Source of the DNA: Felis catus
Taxonomy: Eukaryota
Assembly (NCBI RefSeq): GCF_018350175.1
Contig: NC_058383.1
Location: 2,108,001-2,172,000, forward strand
DNA: 64,000 nucleotides
Direction of reading: 5' to 3'
Shown here: piece by piece, positions 37,651 through 48,800 of the stretch
Position numbering within the stretch: the first letter of the stretch is position 1
Layout: each line of letters opens with the position of its first letter
The notes under the pieces: generated by a model
The model's database searches: none
Seen by the model: the letters and a program-made list of their open reading frames with translations, nothing else
Told to the model about the DNA's origin: nothing
Translations under genes and position numbers: made by a program

Positions 37651-40600
37651 CGCAGCTGGGGGCAGTATCCGAAGGGGGCCAGGCTGCACTCTGTCCAGCC
37701 ATCTGGAATATCTGGGGTGGTGACACCAACCCGTCCCTTTCCAGACCAGTCTCCTTGATGGGGTCACTCTCCCCATAGAGTTGTGGAAGTGTCAAATGGG
37801 GACCCTACTCCATCCAACTTCCAGAGTCTTGGATGGTATGCGTTGACCCTACACCAGCTGCCAGCGCTTGGGGTTTGGTGCCCTGTGATGCTTCTTACGC
37901 CCTTCTCCTCCCCAAACTTTGGAGCGCATTAACAAGGTGCTGTTGTCTCCACACCACCCCAAGGCAGATTCTGAGTGGGACATCCACCCTGGGCTCAGAC
38001 CCTTCCCTGGAGAGGACGACGCTTTCGTCAGTGATGGGGTCAGGGTTAGAACCACCCCTGCCGCCCCGCATAGGGCTGGGAGAGTCTTTGCTGTGGAATG
38101 AAGACAAGTCTTTGCTAAAGATGATCTGCGTTTGGGTGGGTGTGAGTGAGTCCTGGAGAATGTATCTGGAAAGAGAGCACCGGGTTTTGGGGGCCTGTGC
38201 GGAGACCCTCTCCCCACAGCGTAGGAATCTTTGGAGCCTGGAACCTTGTGCTTTACTGCACCCTAGTTGAGCACCAGCTTCCTCCACACATAATAAAGAC
38301 ACACCCCACTTTGAAAATCTCCCTCGGGGCTGCAGCAGGACGGTTGGGTTGGGGCGGGACAGGGCAGTGCGGGCCCTGCCGGAGGGCGGGAGGGGCAGCG
38401 GGGGAACGCCCCTGGGCTGGGAGATTCCAGGGACTAAGTGGGCATTTGGGGTAAAGTTGAGGGACCCTTGCCTGGGACGAGAGCTCAGAGAAGACCCCAC
38501 ACCTGTTCCTCCCTGTTGGAACCTCAAGGCCTGGGATCTTCTGGGGTGGCTGAGCCCTGTTTGGGGACAGGGTTCTGGTGAGGTCATGATGGGGGCCGGG
38601 GTGGGGGGAAGGGTCCTCTCTGGTCCCAGCGTGGCGAGGGGGGCCTGGGAGTCCCGTGGCAGCCTCCTGGGAAAGCAGCATCCCCTTTCCCAGGGGCTCA
38701 GCGGGCCGGCGGGAGGGGGCGGCGGGGGCCGCGGGTTTTGTTTGGCCGCCGGGCCGTTAGGATTCCCAGCGCCCGGCGGCTCTCACGCCGGCCGCTTGGG
38801 CAAGGTAACAAAGCCCCTTTCTCCAGCGGAGAAAGGCACCCGGCCTCTTGTGTGCAGCTATGCGCTCCATGGGAACCGCCGCTGGCGCGCTGGCCACTCA
38901 GGTTGCCTGGCGATGAGGGGGCCTGCGGGCCCCCCCATCCCTGACTGACAGCCCTTGTGGGGCACCATCCCTGCGCCGGGCACCCTACCCCCAGGACTCG
39001 GCCTTCCTGCCGTGTGACCTTTGGCAGCATTCAGCCCCCTCTGGACCGCCCCCGGGTTCTGAGCTCTGCTCGTCTTGGACTTTGGGGGCTTTCTCCAGCA
39101 GAGGGGATGTGGTCAGGGGGTCTCAGGTACCAGTCCCAGCGGGGGTGATCTTGGGCAAAGCCCAGGGCCTTTGTGACCCTCAGTCTCCTCATCTCTGATG
39201 TGGGGCAAGCATCGTCCTTCCAGTATGGTGTTGTGAAAGAGGACGGCCAAACCTGGAGGGGGAGGGAATGAGCCCAACAGGTCCTCAGGAATCGGGGCGG
39301 GGGGGGGGGCAGTGTCACTGCCCTGGGCCCTGACGTCCCTGTTTAAGGGCCGCTCAGTTTCCTCTTTGACGGCTGACCCCAACCGGGAGAGGCTGAATCT
39401 GCCCCCCCACCCCCACCCCGGCATCAGTTCTTGTGTCACAGCGAGCAAGAGTTCCTCACCTCCCCGTGTGGGGGAGGGGGTCCTCGAAACCGTCACAGCT
39501 GAGGGTCCTCCTCTCCCAGTCCTGTGCATGGTGATTCAGACCCACTTGGATGTGGAACACCCGAAGAAGTCAGGGCTTTGGTGGCGGAAACCCTGAAAGG
39601 CTGTGCAAGCTGAGAGTGGGCATCTGACTCACATGGAGGGTTGGGAGACTTCCTGGAGGAGGTGCCATTTGAGCTAGACTGAGAGCACAAGCATGGGGTA
39701 TGTGTAAAACACTTCCCGCAATTGGAGTGATAGTAGGGGGGTGGGGGGGGGTGGCGGTCAGCAGGGACCACACTACGACAGTCCCTGAAGTCCAGGACGA
39801 GGGGCTGGACCTTCGGCCCCCACGTTCCTCCCCCACCCCTCCGAGGAGTGGGCCAGGCTGCCGCGGCTGCCACCACAGCGGCCACAATTGCTGGGGGAGA
39901 GCTTGGCATCCTGTGTTTCTTTGAATCGCAGCTCCAGGAACAATGCCGCTTCCTGTGGGTGTCCCCCCCGCCCGCGCTGGGCCAGCCCTGCCGCCCCTGC
40001 TGCCCCCCTCTTCCTCCTTCAGCCCCATCGTAGGGAAGTGGGGAGGTGGCCCGGAGGGGGGTGGTCTCAGTCCCTGGGAGGCACTTTGGGCTAGATTAGC
40101 ACCACCTCTGCCCCCTGGGTGTGACCACAGGCTGGAGGCTGCCCCTCTCTGGTCCTCAGTTTCCCCACTGTCCACCCAGGTAGTACAGTGTCCGCCTCTC
40201 AGGGCCGTTATGGAGAGCAAAGAAAGGAGTCAGTCTCAGTGCTTTGCTCTGGGTACGTACATGTGAGCTCTCGTTATGCCCATTTGACAGAGGGGGAAAC
40301 TGAGGCTCTGAGCCACCAGGCAGCCTGTCCGTGGCTTTCTCTGCTGGTTCCTCTGATGCTGGAAGACCGGAGGCCTGGCACCCTCACTCCCCCCCCCAGC
40401 CCCACCCTTCCCCGAACTCCTCTTCAGGCCGCCTGCCTTGCTCTCCCCGAAGCTGAACAAAGGTGACTTTAATCTCCGTAGCCTTGGGCTGGGTTTTTAG
40501 GGCACCACCAAAGCGCGGGAGAACAGGCCTCGCTTGATCTCATTAAGAAAGCATTTTCCTTTTAATCCAGCGACGGCAGTGCGCGTCTGCACTGGCCGGC

Positions 40601-42210
40601 CTGGGCCTCCCACAGCATTCCTGGGCTGAGATGCTGGGGAGTGGGTGGGGGGCTGGGTGCGAGTCTGTGCGTGCGGGCCGCCTTGGGGTGCCTGCAGGGC
40701 CCTGGAAGGAGGGGGTGCGTGCATGGAGAGGACATACCTGGGGCCTGCCCCTTCTCCAGCTCTAAGCCGGTGCTCAGCAGCTCATGGCCTCACCTGAGTG
40801 TGTGTCCGGGTCTGGGGTCAGGCTGGGCAAGGGGCTGGAGCCATCCAAAGGAGGGTGGGGACCCCAGGTGGGTCCCCCGGTTCCTGGGTGTGTGCTGTGC
40901 TCCGAGCCTCCGCATGCCAGAGCCTCCCTAGGACCCATAAAAGGAAACTGAGGTCTGGTGGGCACGGAGGTGGGGGTTCTCCCGCCGCCTGTGCTCAGAG
41001 CCCCCCCCCCCACTTCGGCCACGGGCCCCAGGCTTTGCACTCAGCCATGCCCGGGTGCGCTGGGCGGCACGCGCTGGGCGGGCCAGGCAGAGGAAGGAAC
41101 ATTCCTCCCCGTGTGCTGACGGGCCCAGGCGGGTGCCGGCAGCTCCTGGCCCCGCCCCGCTGCCCGCCCCCTTCCTCGGAGCGCTCCTGGCAGGGGTGGC
41201 CCAGTGCTGGCACAGGTGGAGCCTTGATGTGGCCTTGGGCAAGGCCCGTCTGCCAGCCTGGATTTCCTTGCCGGAGCTGCGGGGCGGGGGGGGGGGGGGG
41301 GGGGGCGGCGTAGGGGGAGGAGGGGAGCTGCTGGGGGTACTGCTCTGTGGGCTGGGGCACAGGCGGTTTCCTGCCTCAACCCTGCTGACCGTCGGAGTCT
41401 CCAGAGAACAGCGGTGGCTTCTTTGGCTCAGAGAAGGTGACCTGCCCGGCCAGTCACACCGCTCGGGGCGAGAGGGGCCAGGCTTCAGGGCCCGGCCCAG
41501 AGGACCGCAGTGCTGTGGCCGCACCCCTGCCCATCGGACCTCTCGCCCAGCCCGGCCCAGTTAAACAGGCCAGCTGTATGGTAATGGGCAGCACGGCCAC
41601 TCCCGCTTAACGCGGCCGAGTTAAGGCCAGCCCGGCGCCCCTCGCCGCGCGGCCCAGGACAAAGCTGGCGGACAATGCCTGGTGATTCATCCTCCCTCCG
41701 GGCCCTTTGTCCGCCAGGGCTTGGCGGCCGTCCAGCAGAGGCCTTTGTCCCTGACTGATTGAGACTTGGCTTCCCGAAGCCGACCTCCTCTGCCTGTCCC
41801 CCCACCACGGCCCTCTACCCCCTCCCACAGGCTAGGCACTGTGTCAATAAGGGTGTGTGCCCCGCCAGGTGTGTGGGGTGGGCGGGGAGCCGGTTACCTG
41901 GTGGGTGGGCGGGGCGCCCCACCTGGCTCGTGCCGGCACAGCCGCTGGGTGACCTTGGGCCCAGCTGTCGACACGGGGGGGGGGGGGGGGGGGGGTCTGC
42001 ACGAGTCCCAGCCCTCCTTCTACTTAGGATGGGCACTTGAGACCCACTCCGTGCACCTGGGGAAACTGAGGCCCACAGGACGGAGAGTGGGTGTGGCTGA
42101 GCTCTAGCTGCTGAAGCCCCAGGGTGCCCAGCTCTGGACGCCCCCCACCGTGGCCCCGGGGGCGGGGGAGACACAGAGCTGCCCATTCAAGACCACGTTT
42201 CTCCTTCCAG

Positions 42211-42259
42211 ACGTTCATTTTCACCGACGGGGAGGATGAAGCCCTGGCCAGGCGCACCG
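42211..42259 (+). CDS. LFNG: LFNG coding exon 2 (TFIFTDGEDEALARRT+)
   Basis: ttccag|ACG ... G|gtgagc; 49 nt. Confidence 0.97.
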
Positions 42260-42762
42260 GTGAGCCCCGGGCTTGGGGGGGAGGCGTGGGGGGGCTCCAC
42301 GCCTGGGAGGAACGCTTCCCTCCCCTCCGGAGAGGTCACCGAGGCCACGGGCCAGGGAGGGCAGTTTACTCAACTGGTTTGCTCAAGGCTCCGCCCTGCC
42401 ACTCGGGGGGGGGGGGGGGGCCCCCACCCAATTCTCATGCAAATGAGGCCCTTTCAGCTCCCGGGGCCCTTTGAGCTGATGTGGCGGCAACAGGTGGCCG
42501 GTGCTGGGAAAAAGCCGCCTGAATGGGCAGGGGCGGGATCGGGTTGTCCCGGAGGGGGTGGGGCTGGGGGGGCGGGCGTGATCTCCAGGCCTTGAGCCTT
42601 GTGCGGTAGGGGGGGGGGGGCACGGAGGGAAGGGGCCGCTGCAAGGTACAGCTTGAACCCCGGGCGCCCTGGGACAGTCACCCACTCTGTCCCGCTCTGC
42701 TGTGGCCGCCGTCCTCCCCGAGCCAGCCCGGACCCGCTTACAGCCCCCCGCCTTGTTCACAG

Positions 42763-42862
42763 GCAACGTGGTGAACACCAACTGCTCGGCTGCCCACAGC
42801 CGCCAGGCCCTGTCCTGCAAGATGGCCGTGGAGTTCGACCACTTCATGGAGTCCGGGAGGAA
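42763..42862 (+). CDS. LFNG: LFNG coding exon 3 ([32 protein letters not shown]+)
   Basis: ttcacag|GC ... AA|gtgagt; 100 nt. Confidence 0.97.
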
Positions 42863-42969
42863 GTGAGTGTTGGCCCCGGTCCCACAGGTGCCTGCTCCGG
42901 AGGTCCCCCCACCAGCGACGCTCTCTCTACCTCTCTCTTCCTCTCTCTACCGACCCTGCTTCTCTCCAG

Positions 42970-43123
42970 GTGGTTTTGTCACGTGGATGATGACAACTAC
43001 GTCAACGTCAGGGCTTTGCTGCGGCTGCTGGCCAGCTACCCGCACACCCAGGACGTTTACATTGGCAAGCCCAGTCTGGACAGGCCCATCCAGGCCACCG
43101 AGAGGGTCAGCGAGAACACGATG
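42970..43123 (+). CDS. LFNG: LFNG coding exon 4 ([10 protein letters not shown] catalytic DxD motif)
   Basis: ctccag|G ... ATG|gtgagc; 154 nt. Confidence 0.98.
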
Positions 43124-43241
43124 GTGAGCATTCCCCACCCCCTGCCCCCCCACGCACGGCTGAGCGGAGTGGGGAGGAGGCCAGAGGTGTCCCTGTGGCC
43201 TGGGGTGAGGGTCTCACGGTCCCCTGCGTTCCCTCCTGCAG

Positions 43242-43327
43242 CGTCCCGTCCACTTCTGGTTTGCCACCGGTGGGGCTGGCTTCTGCATCAGCCGGGGGCT
43301 GGCCCTGAAGATGAGCCCGTGGGCCAG
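43242..43327 (+). CDS. LFNG: LFNG coding exon 5 ([28 protein letters not shown]+)
   Basis: cctgcag|CGT ... AG|gtgggt; 86 nt. Confidence 0.97.
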
Positions 43328-43790
43328 GTGGGTGCCCTGGGACACAGGTGAGGCCCCCCTCGCTCCCAAAGACCCCCCCCCGGCTTGGTTTGGTTCACTT
43401 TCCCAGCTGCGGGTGCCCCAACCTCACGTGCGCAGGCAGGCCGCGTCACGTTCCCCACCACTGGTCCCCTCCCGCCTGCCAGGCACGAGGGCTGGTGGGA
43501 GCACCGGCCCCAGGCACCGTCGGGCGGGACTCCTTTCTGCACCCAGTCGCCCCCGGACTCAGAATTGTCAGGCTGGCATAGAGGAGGGTGCCGGGCTGGC
43601 ACGCGAGCCTGTGAGGAACGCAGACGGGGTCTGTACCCTGCTCCACAGGGGCGTGTCCCCCTCCCCTTGGAGCTGGCTTCTTCCTTCTGTACTGGTGCTG
43701 CCTGGCAGGATCCTGCCGGACTCCCAGTGGGCGGCTGGCTCCCGCCTCGCCTCAGCTCATCCCCTCTCGTCCTCTCCTCCCTTTCTGCAG

Positions 43791-43956
43791 CAGGGGCCAC
43801 TTCATGAACACGGCCGAGCGCATCCGCTTGCCGGACGACTGCACCATCGGCTACATCGTGGAGGCCCTCCTGGGGGTGCCCCTCATCCGCAGCGGGCTCT
43901 TCCACTCCCACCTGGAGAACCTGCAGCAGGTGCCGGCCTCGGAGCTCCACGAGCAG
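43791..43956 (+). CDS. LFNG: LFNG coding exon 6 ([21 protein letters not shown]...FHSHLE...HEQ)
   Basis: ttctgcag|C ... CAG|gtgcgc; 166 nt; tandem CAGCAG acceptor allows an alternative start at 43794. Confidence 0.96.
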
Positions 43957-44397
43957 GTGCGCCGCCCGCCGCCCGGCCACGAGCGAAGGGGCAAGCGGGC
44001 AGGGGAAGGAAGTGGGGGGAGGAGGGAGCGCTGGGTGGAGTCGCCATGGTAAATAGGGAAGTCGGGAAGGGCCGCCGCTGGGATACCCAAACCCCCCACC
44101 GGCGGGACCCTGCTCACATCCCATGCGACACTCCCGCTCTGTGCTGTGCCGTCTGGGGCTTTTCCTGCACCAGCAGATGACTCTGCTGGCCCTCGCCGAA
44201 GCCCCCGCCCTGGACCTCACTCCCTGCTTGTGCAGAGCAGGTGGGGTGGGTGCAGCGTGACTCACAGACCTTCCTTCTTGGTCCGGGGAGGCCAGAAGGC
44301 GAGGCTGTCCTGGCGCCCCGAACCGCAACGGCCGGCTGTGGACAAAGCCGGGGGCGCGGGGGCCGCTCCCGGTTTCACTCTGCCCCTCCCCGCACAG

Positions 44398-44483
44398 GTG
44401 ACCCTCAGCTACGGCATGTTTGAAAATAAGCGGAACGCCATCCACGTGAAGGGGCCCTTCTCCGTGGAGGCCGACCCGTCCAG
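44398..44483 (+). CDS. LFNG: LFNG coding exon 7 ([13 protein letters not shown]...EADPS+)
   Basis: cgcacag|GTG ... AG|gtgagg; 86 nt. Confidence 0.97.
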
Positions 44484-44688
44484 GTGAGGAAACTGAGGCC
44501 CAGAGAGAGAGGTTGTGACCTATGTAGGGTCCCCTAGGGCGTCTGCCAGAGCGGGTGCGGTTGAGCGGCTTGACTACCAAGAGGGCGCCTCGACGCCCTG
44601 CTCATGCGGCGGGGGCCCCTCCTGGTGCTGCAGGTCGGAAGATGGGTGCTCAGCCCGCACGGACCGGCCCCCTGCTCTGTCCCCACAG

Positions 44689-44755
44689 GTTCCGCTCCAT
44701 CCACTGCCACCTGTACCCAGACACGCCCTGGTGTCCTCACACCAGCATCTTCTAG
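44689..44755 (+). CDS. LFNG: LFNG coding exon 8 ([21 protein letters not shown])
   Basis: cccacag|G; TAG at 44753-44755. Confidence 0.97.
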
Positions 44756-45872
44756 CCGCCACGGCTGAGACCCCGTCCTCGGGCGCCCCTGGTATCCAAA
44801 GGGCCCGGGGACCCGTGTTGTGCCGCCCTGGCCTTGGCGTTCGAGGCTCCCCGGGGCTGTGCCTACGTCTGTGTGTGTGCCGTGCGCCGGTCCGTGGAGC
44901 AGACTGCTGGGCGGTCCTGTTCTGCCAGGGAGCGGGCAAAAGGGCCACTTGTCTGCGTTCCCACGTGCCTCGGGTCAGCGGGCTCCAGAGCCCCATCCCA
45001 GAAGCACGTGCCTGCATCGGAGGTCGCCCTGAGGGCAGTTTTCTTACCATCTCGGAGTCTTAGGGCCACATGGGGATTGGGGGCTGCTCTGCGTGGACCT
45101 GCAGGCTCTGTGCTGGGGCACCTGCGCCCTGAGATCCTGGCCCCTCCTCGGAGCCCCCGGGACAACTGAGTGTTGCTCAGTGCAGGGAAGCCGGGTTCTG
45201 TAGGGGGCGTCCCGAGCCCCCTTCCCCCACTGAGCTCTGGCCCAGGCACTGGGAAGCAGAGAAACGGCACCTGGGTCCAGCCACTCCCGTTAAGCCCCTA
45301 GGGGCCGTGTGGCTAGGGGAACAGTGGCTCCCCTCCCGGCCGTCCTGGGTGGGGAGTCTCTCCAGCCCTCTCTGGTGTCTTCTCTTTGTCTCTTCCCACG
45401 ATGGGGAGACAGAGCTGAGCATTTTATCTCCTCTTTGAAGCAGAGAGAAAGTCGCCCATAGTGGGTGTGTCTGTAAATATTGTGACAGTATTTTTTTACT
45501 GTGCTGGTTTCTCATAAGGGGGTGGGTAAAAAGTAGGGTGTTTTGTCGTTTTTTCTTGGGGGGGGGCAGGTGTTATTTTATCTTTTCTGTGGATCAGAAA
45601 AAGCAGAAGCCAAACGTGAGATATCTTTGTTGTTAAAGCTGATGGAAATGTCTAACACTGCACGTATTTATATGTCCCGGGCTCTGGACTCTCCTCCCCC
45701 ACCTCGTGCATAGTACCTGTCTCCCGCAGGCCCAGCTTGGTGCACCTGGCCCGTGGGATGTGTTTTGTCTTCTGTTTTTCCTTCTGCAAAGACATAGGTA
45801 GGAAAGCGACAGATAATGGGAAAGTTCTCAGGGAATTGAAGGGTGGTTGCTATGGTGACGTCCTTTGCTGTG

Positions 45873-45878
45873 AATAAA
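45873..45878 (+). terminator. LFNG: LFNG polyadenylation signal AATAAA
   Basis: gtgAATAAAagtg at the end of an AT-richer distal 3'UTR, ~1.1 kb after the stop. Confidence 0.8.
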
Positions 45879-48800
45879 AGTGCTCTTTGGGGCAACCCCA
45901 GGGGGTCCTGGTTTTGATGGAAGTTGGGCCTGAGGTTCAGGTCTGAGGTGGTTCCAGGGGACTGGGGGCTCAGGTACTCCTGTGGGGGAGGTGGAAAGAC
46001 AGGAATCTGAATAGCTCCTTGCAGGTGCCTGAGAGGCGTGCCAGCCCTGGGCCCCCGTGGATGTGGGTGGTGGGGGCGGTGGTGGGGGGGTGGCTGGATC
46101 CACAGGTCTCATCCAGAGGAGCAGCCCTAAGGCTTTGCAGCTGCAGCCTGTGTTGGCCTGGTTCTAGGGGCTGCAGGAGGGCTTGGCGCTTGTTGTGGCC
46201 CAGCTCGGACCTCCTTATCTGGCTTCATCCCCATCACAAACCCAGAGACCACGTCCTTGTCCCATTTTGCAGATGGGCGAATTAAGGCTCAGAGCCAGTG
46301 ACAGCCAAGGTTAGGTAACTGAACTGGGCCGGCAGGGTGGTAGAGACCTCCAACTCAGAGGCCTGGTGGGCCTTGGATCCCGGCCTCCCCTTGTGCCGGG
46401 CACCCCACACTCGATGATCTGGGAGCTGGGCCCCCATGCCACCCGGACAGGCCGCAGGAGGCTGGGCCAGGATGTCCCCGGGCCTTGTTTCCTACAACAG
46501 CCAGCTCCCCGATGACCACTGCCCTTTCTTCCTCAAATCCAGTGGAGGGTGGCAGGAGTAGGCAGGGGCTGGTCCAGCCTCAGCTGCGGCTTCCCTCCCC
46601 AGTCCCCAGCAGCCTGGGGACGCCCTTGCGCCCTCTTCCTCTTGCTGAGCCGCCCCTCGACTCCAGGTTCCCAGACCTCCATGCTCCCCGCTCTGCTCCA
46701 AGCTTCGCCTTCTCAACACATCAGAATAAAAAGCGTTTGCAAAGTGCTTCCTTTCCCCACCCCTGACCTGCCGGGGGCGGATGCCAGTCCTGTCCCCACT
46801 GGACACATGCCCACATACACAGCACCCCCAAATGGAGGGGGTGGCCAGGGAGGTCCCCGTTTCTCACAACCCCCTTGCTGGTGGCTACTCTGGCCCGGAG
46901 GCGACTGGCCGGGGCCTGACCCCACCTTGCCTTGGCATTGGGGATCAGCCTCCCCTGAGCTGGCGGGGCCCTAGGGCATGGGTGTGTCTGTGCAGCCTCT
47001 GTGGGGGCAGGCGGAGCCTGCCACAGAGCTGGTCCAGGCCCTCCCTGAACCTTGGCCTTCATCTGAGACCGGGGAGCCCCCGTGCTCTGAGTCTGGGAGG
47101 TGGCGCAGAGGGCACGGCCCGGGCCTTCCCTCTTCTCGGGGAGAAGCTGAGGGAGGAGGAAGTTCTTGCTCCCCAGAAGGGGAAGCGGGTCTGGGAGGGG
47201 GCCTTACAGGAACCGGCAGCCTGATTTCTTCCACGTGCTGCCCTCCTGGGTGTGGGGAAGGGGCCTTCCCCCGAGGAAGGAGTCAGGGAGCGGAGGAGAT
47301 AACCTGAGCAGGGTGGCCTGCCTGGCCGGGCTAGTTACCCCCCCTCCCCCGCACCTCCTGAAGTGCTCGTCATTTGTGGGCTTTCAGTAAAACCGCCACC
47401 CCCGTGCTCCCCACCCCCACCCCCTCCGGCTTCCGCGCTTCCGCGCTGCCAGGCGCAAGCCCTGAGCTGGGTCTGGGAGGAGCCGAGAGGGGTGCCGGTG
47501 GGGCCCCTCCCTGCTCAGTTTAAACAAACTTCCCTTCACCTGGGGCCATCGCGGCTAACTTCCCAAAGAGACGCGTGAGAGCTGTGGTCAGGCGCTGGAG
47601 ACGGAAGGCCTTGCAGAGGTGCGGTGGGGAGAGCAGGCGGTCTGGGTCTCGCACAGCCTGGGCAGAGGTGCGGAGGCAGGACTGATCAGGATGCCTGGAG
47701 CCTGGGAGGGAGGATGGCAGGGGGCTGGGTCTCCACGGCCCTTCCCCACGCACCTGCAGGCCACCGGGGCTCACCCTGAGGCTTCCTTCCTTGCTGGCAG
47801 CTTCGGCCAGTCCCGCCCTCTCTGGGCCTGGGGTGGGTGGGGGGCGGGTGGGGGGCAGAGGGGAATGACCAGAGCCAGCCCCGTTCTTTGTCAGACCTGC
47901 CAGTCTTGCCGCTGCCTCAGGCCCATCCGCCCACCCCCAGCCCCGACCTTGCCAAGCCCTTTCTGAGCCCAGGGCAGGACACAGACACTTGGTACATCAC
48001 TAGGAGGGACCCAGGGACCTGGGGCAGCTCCTGTCTCACCCCTGGAGGTGGTCCAGGTTACGTGAGGGTACTGGGTGGGGAGTGCAGAGCTGTGGCTGCC
48101 CCCCACCCCCGGGGTACATGCCCCTTAGGAGCCCTGCCCAGGCTTCTGGGACCCCCCCCCCAATCTGTGTGCAACCCACCTCAGTCCCTGGGTGCCAGCG
48201 CTGGTGGTGAGCGCTGGGGGTTTCTCTCCCTGCCCAAATTGACCTTTCCCAGGACCCACCCGCATCCCGGTGCACAGCCCCGTTCTGGCCCTTAGAAGCT
48301 CACAGCACGAACCTGACCATAGTTACTGATATCTGGTTCACGTAATTGTGTAAGGTCAAGAAGCAAGCTTAAGCAGCTGCTGCAGGTCACTCCTGCTGCC
48401 GTCCTGTCCCCTGGGTCTGACACGGGGCTGGCCACCGCATGTCCTCGTGGCTCGTCCCGGTGGGACCTGTGGGCCCTCCACTCAGCAGAGCCCCAGGGAG
48501 CCTCAGACAAGCAGCGGGGCCGTGAGGGGAAATTGCTGGGAATGCAGAATGTCCCGGGCTCCCGCCCTGCGGCTCGGGTCCCCCGGGGGCCCGGCGCCCC
48601 CTGGTGGGCATCTGCCTCACTCCTGGAGATGCTCTCCCCACTTAGACCCTTCTCGATCAAGGGATCGGGACACTTGCCGTCCCCGCCCTCTGTGGGTGTC
48701 CCCTCATTCCTGGAAATGTGGGCTCCTGGCTCACAGGCTAGCTCTCCTGTCCTGGCTCCTGCGTCCACTCCCGGTTACTTCCGTGTCCGTGATCCTTCCC

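Noticed and set aside
43288..44580. 430-aa antisense ORF over LFNG exons 5-7 (likewise the 469-aa ORF 54351-55760 over the TTYH3 end)
   Set aside because: Shadow ORFs of GC-rich coding/UTR sequence with no domain signal.
46725..46730. Second AATAAA downstream of LFNG
   Set aside because: Could be a distal polyA site, but a lone hexamer without 3'-end data is insufficient.
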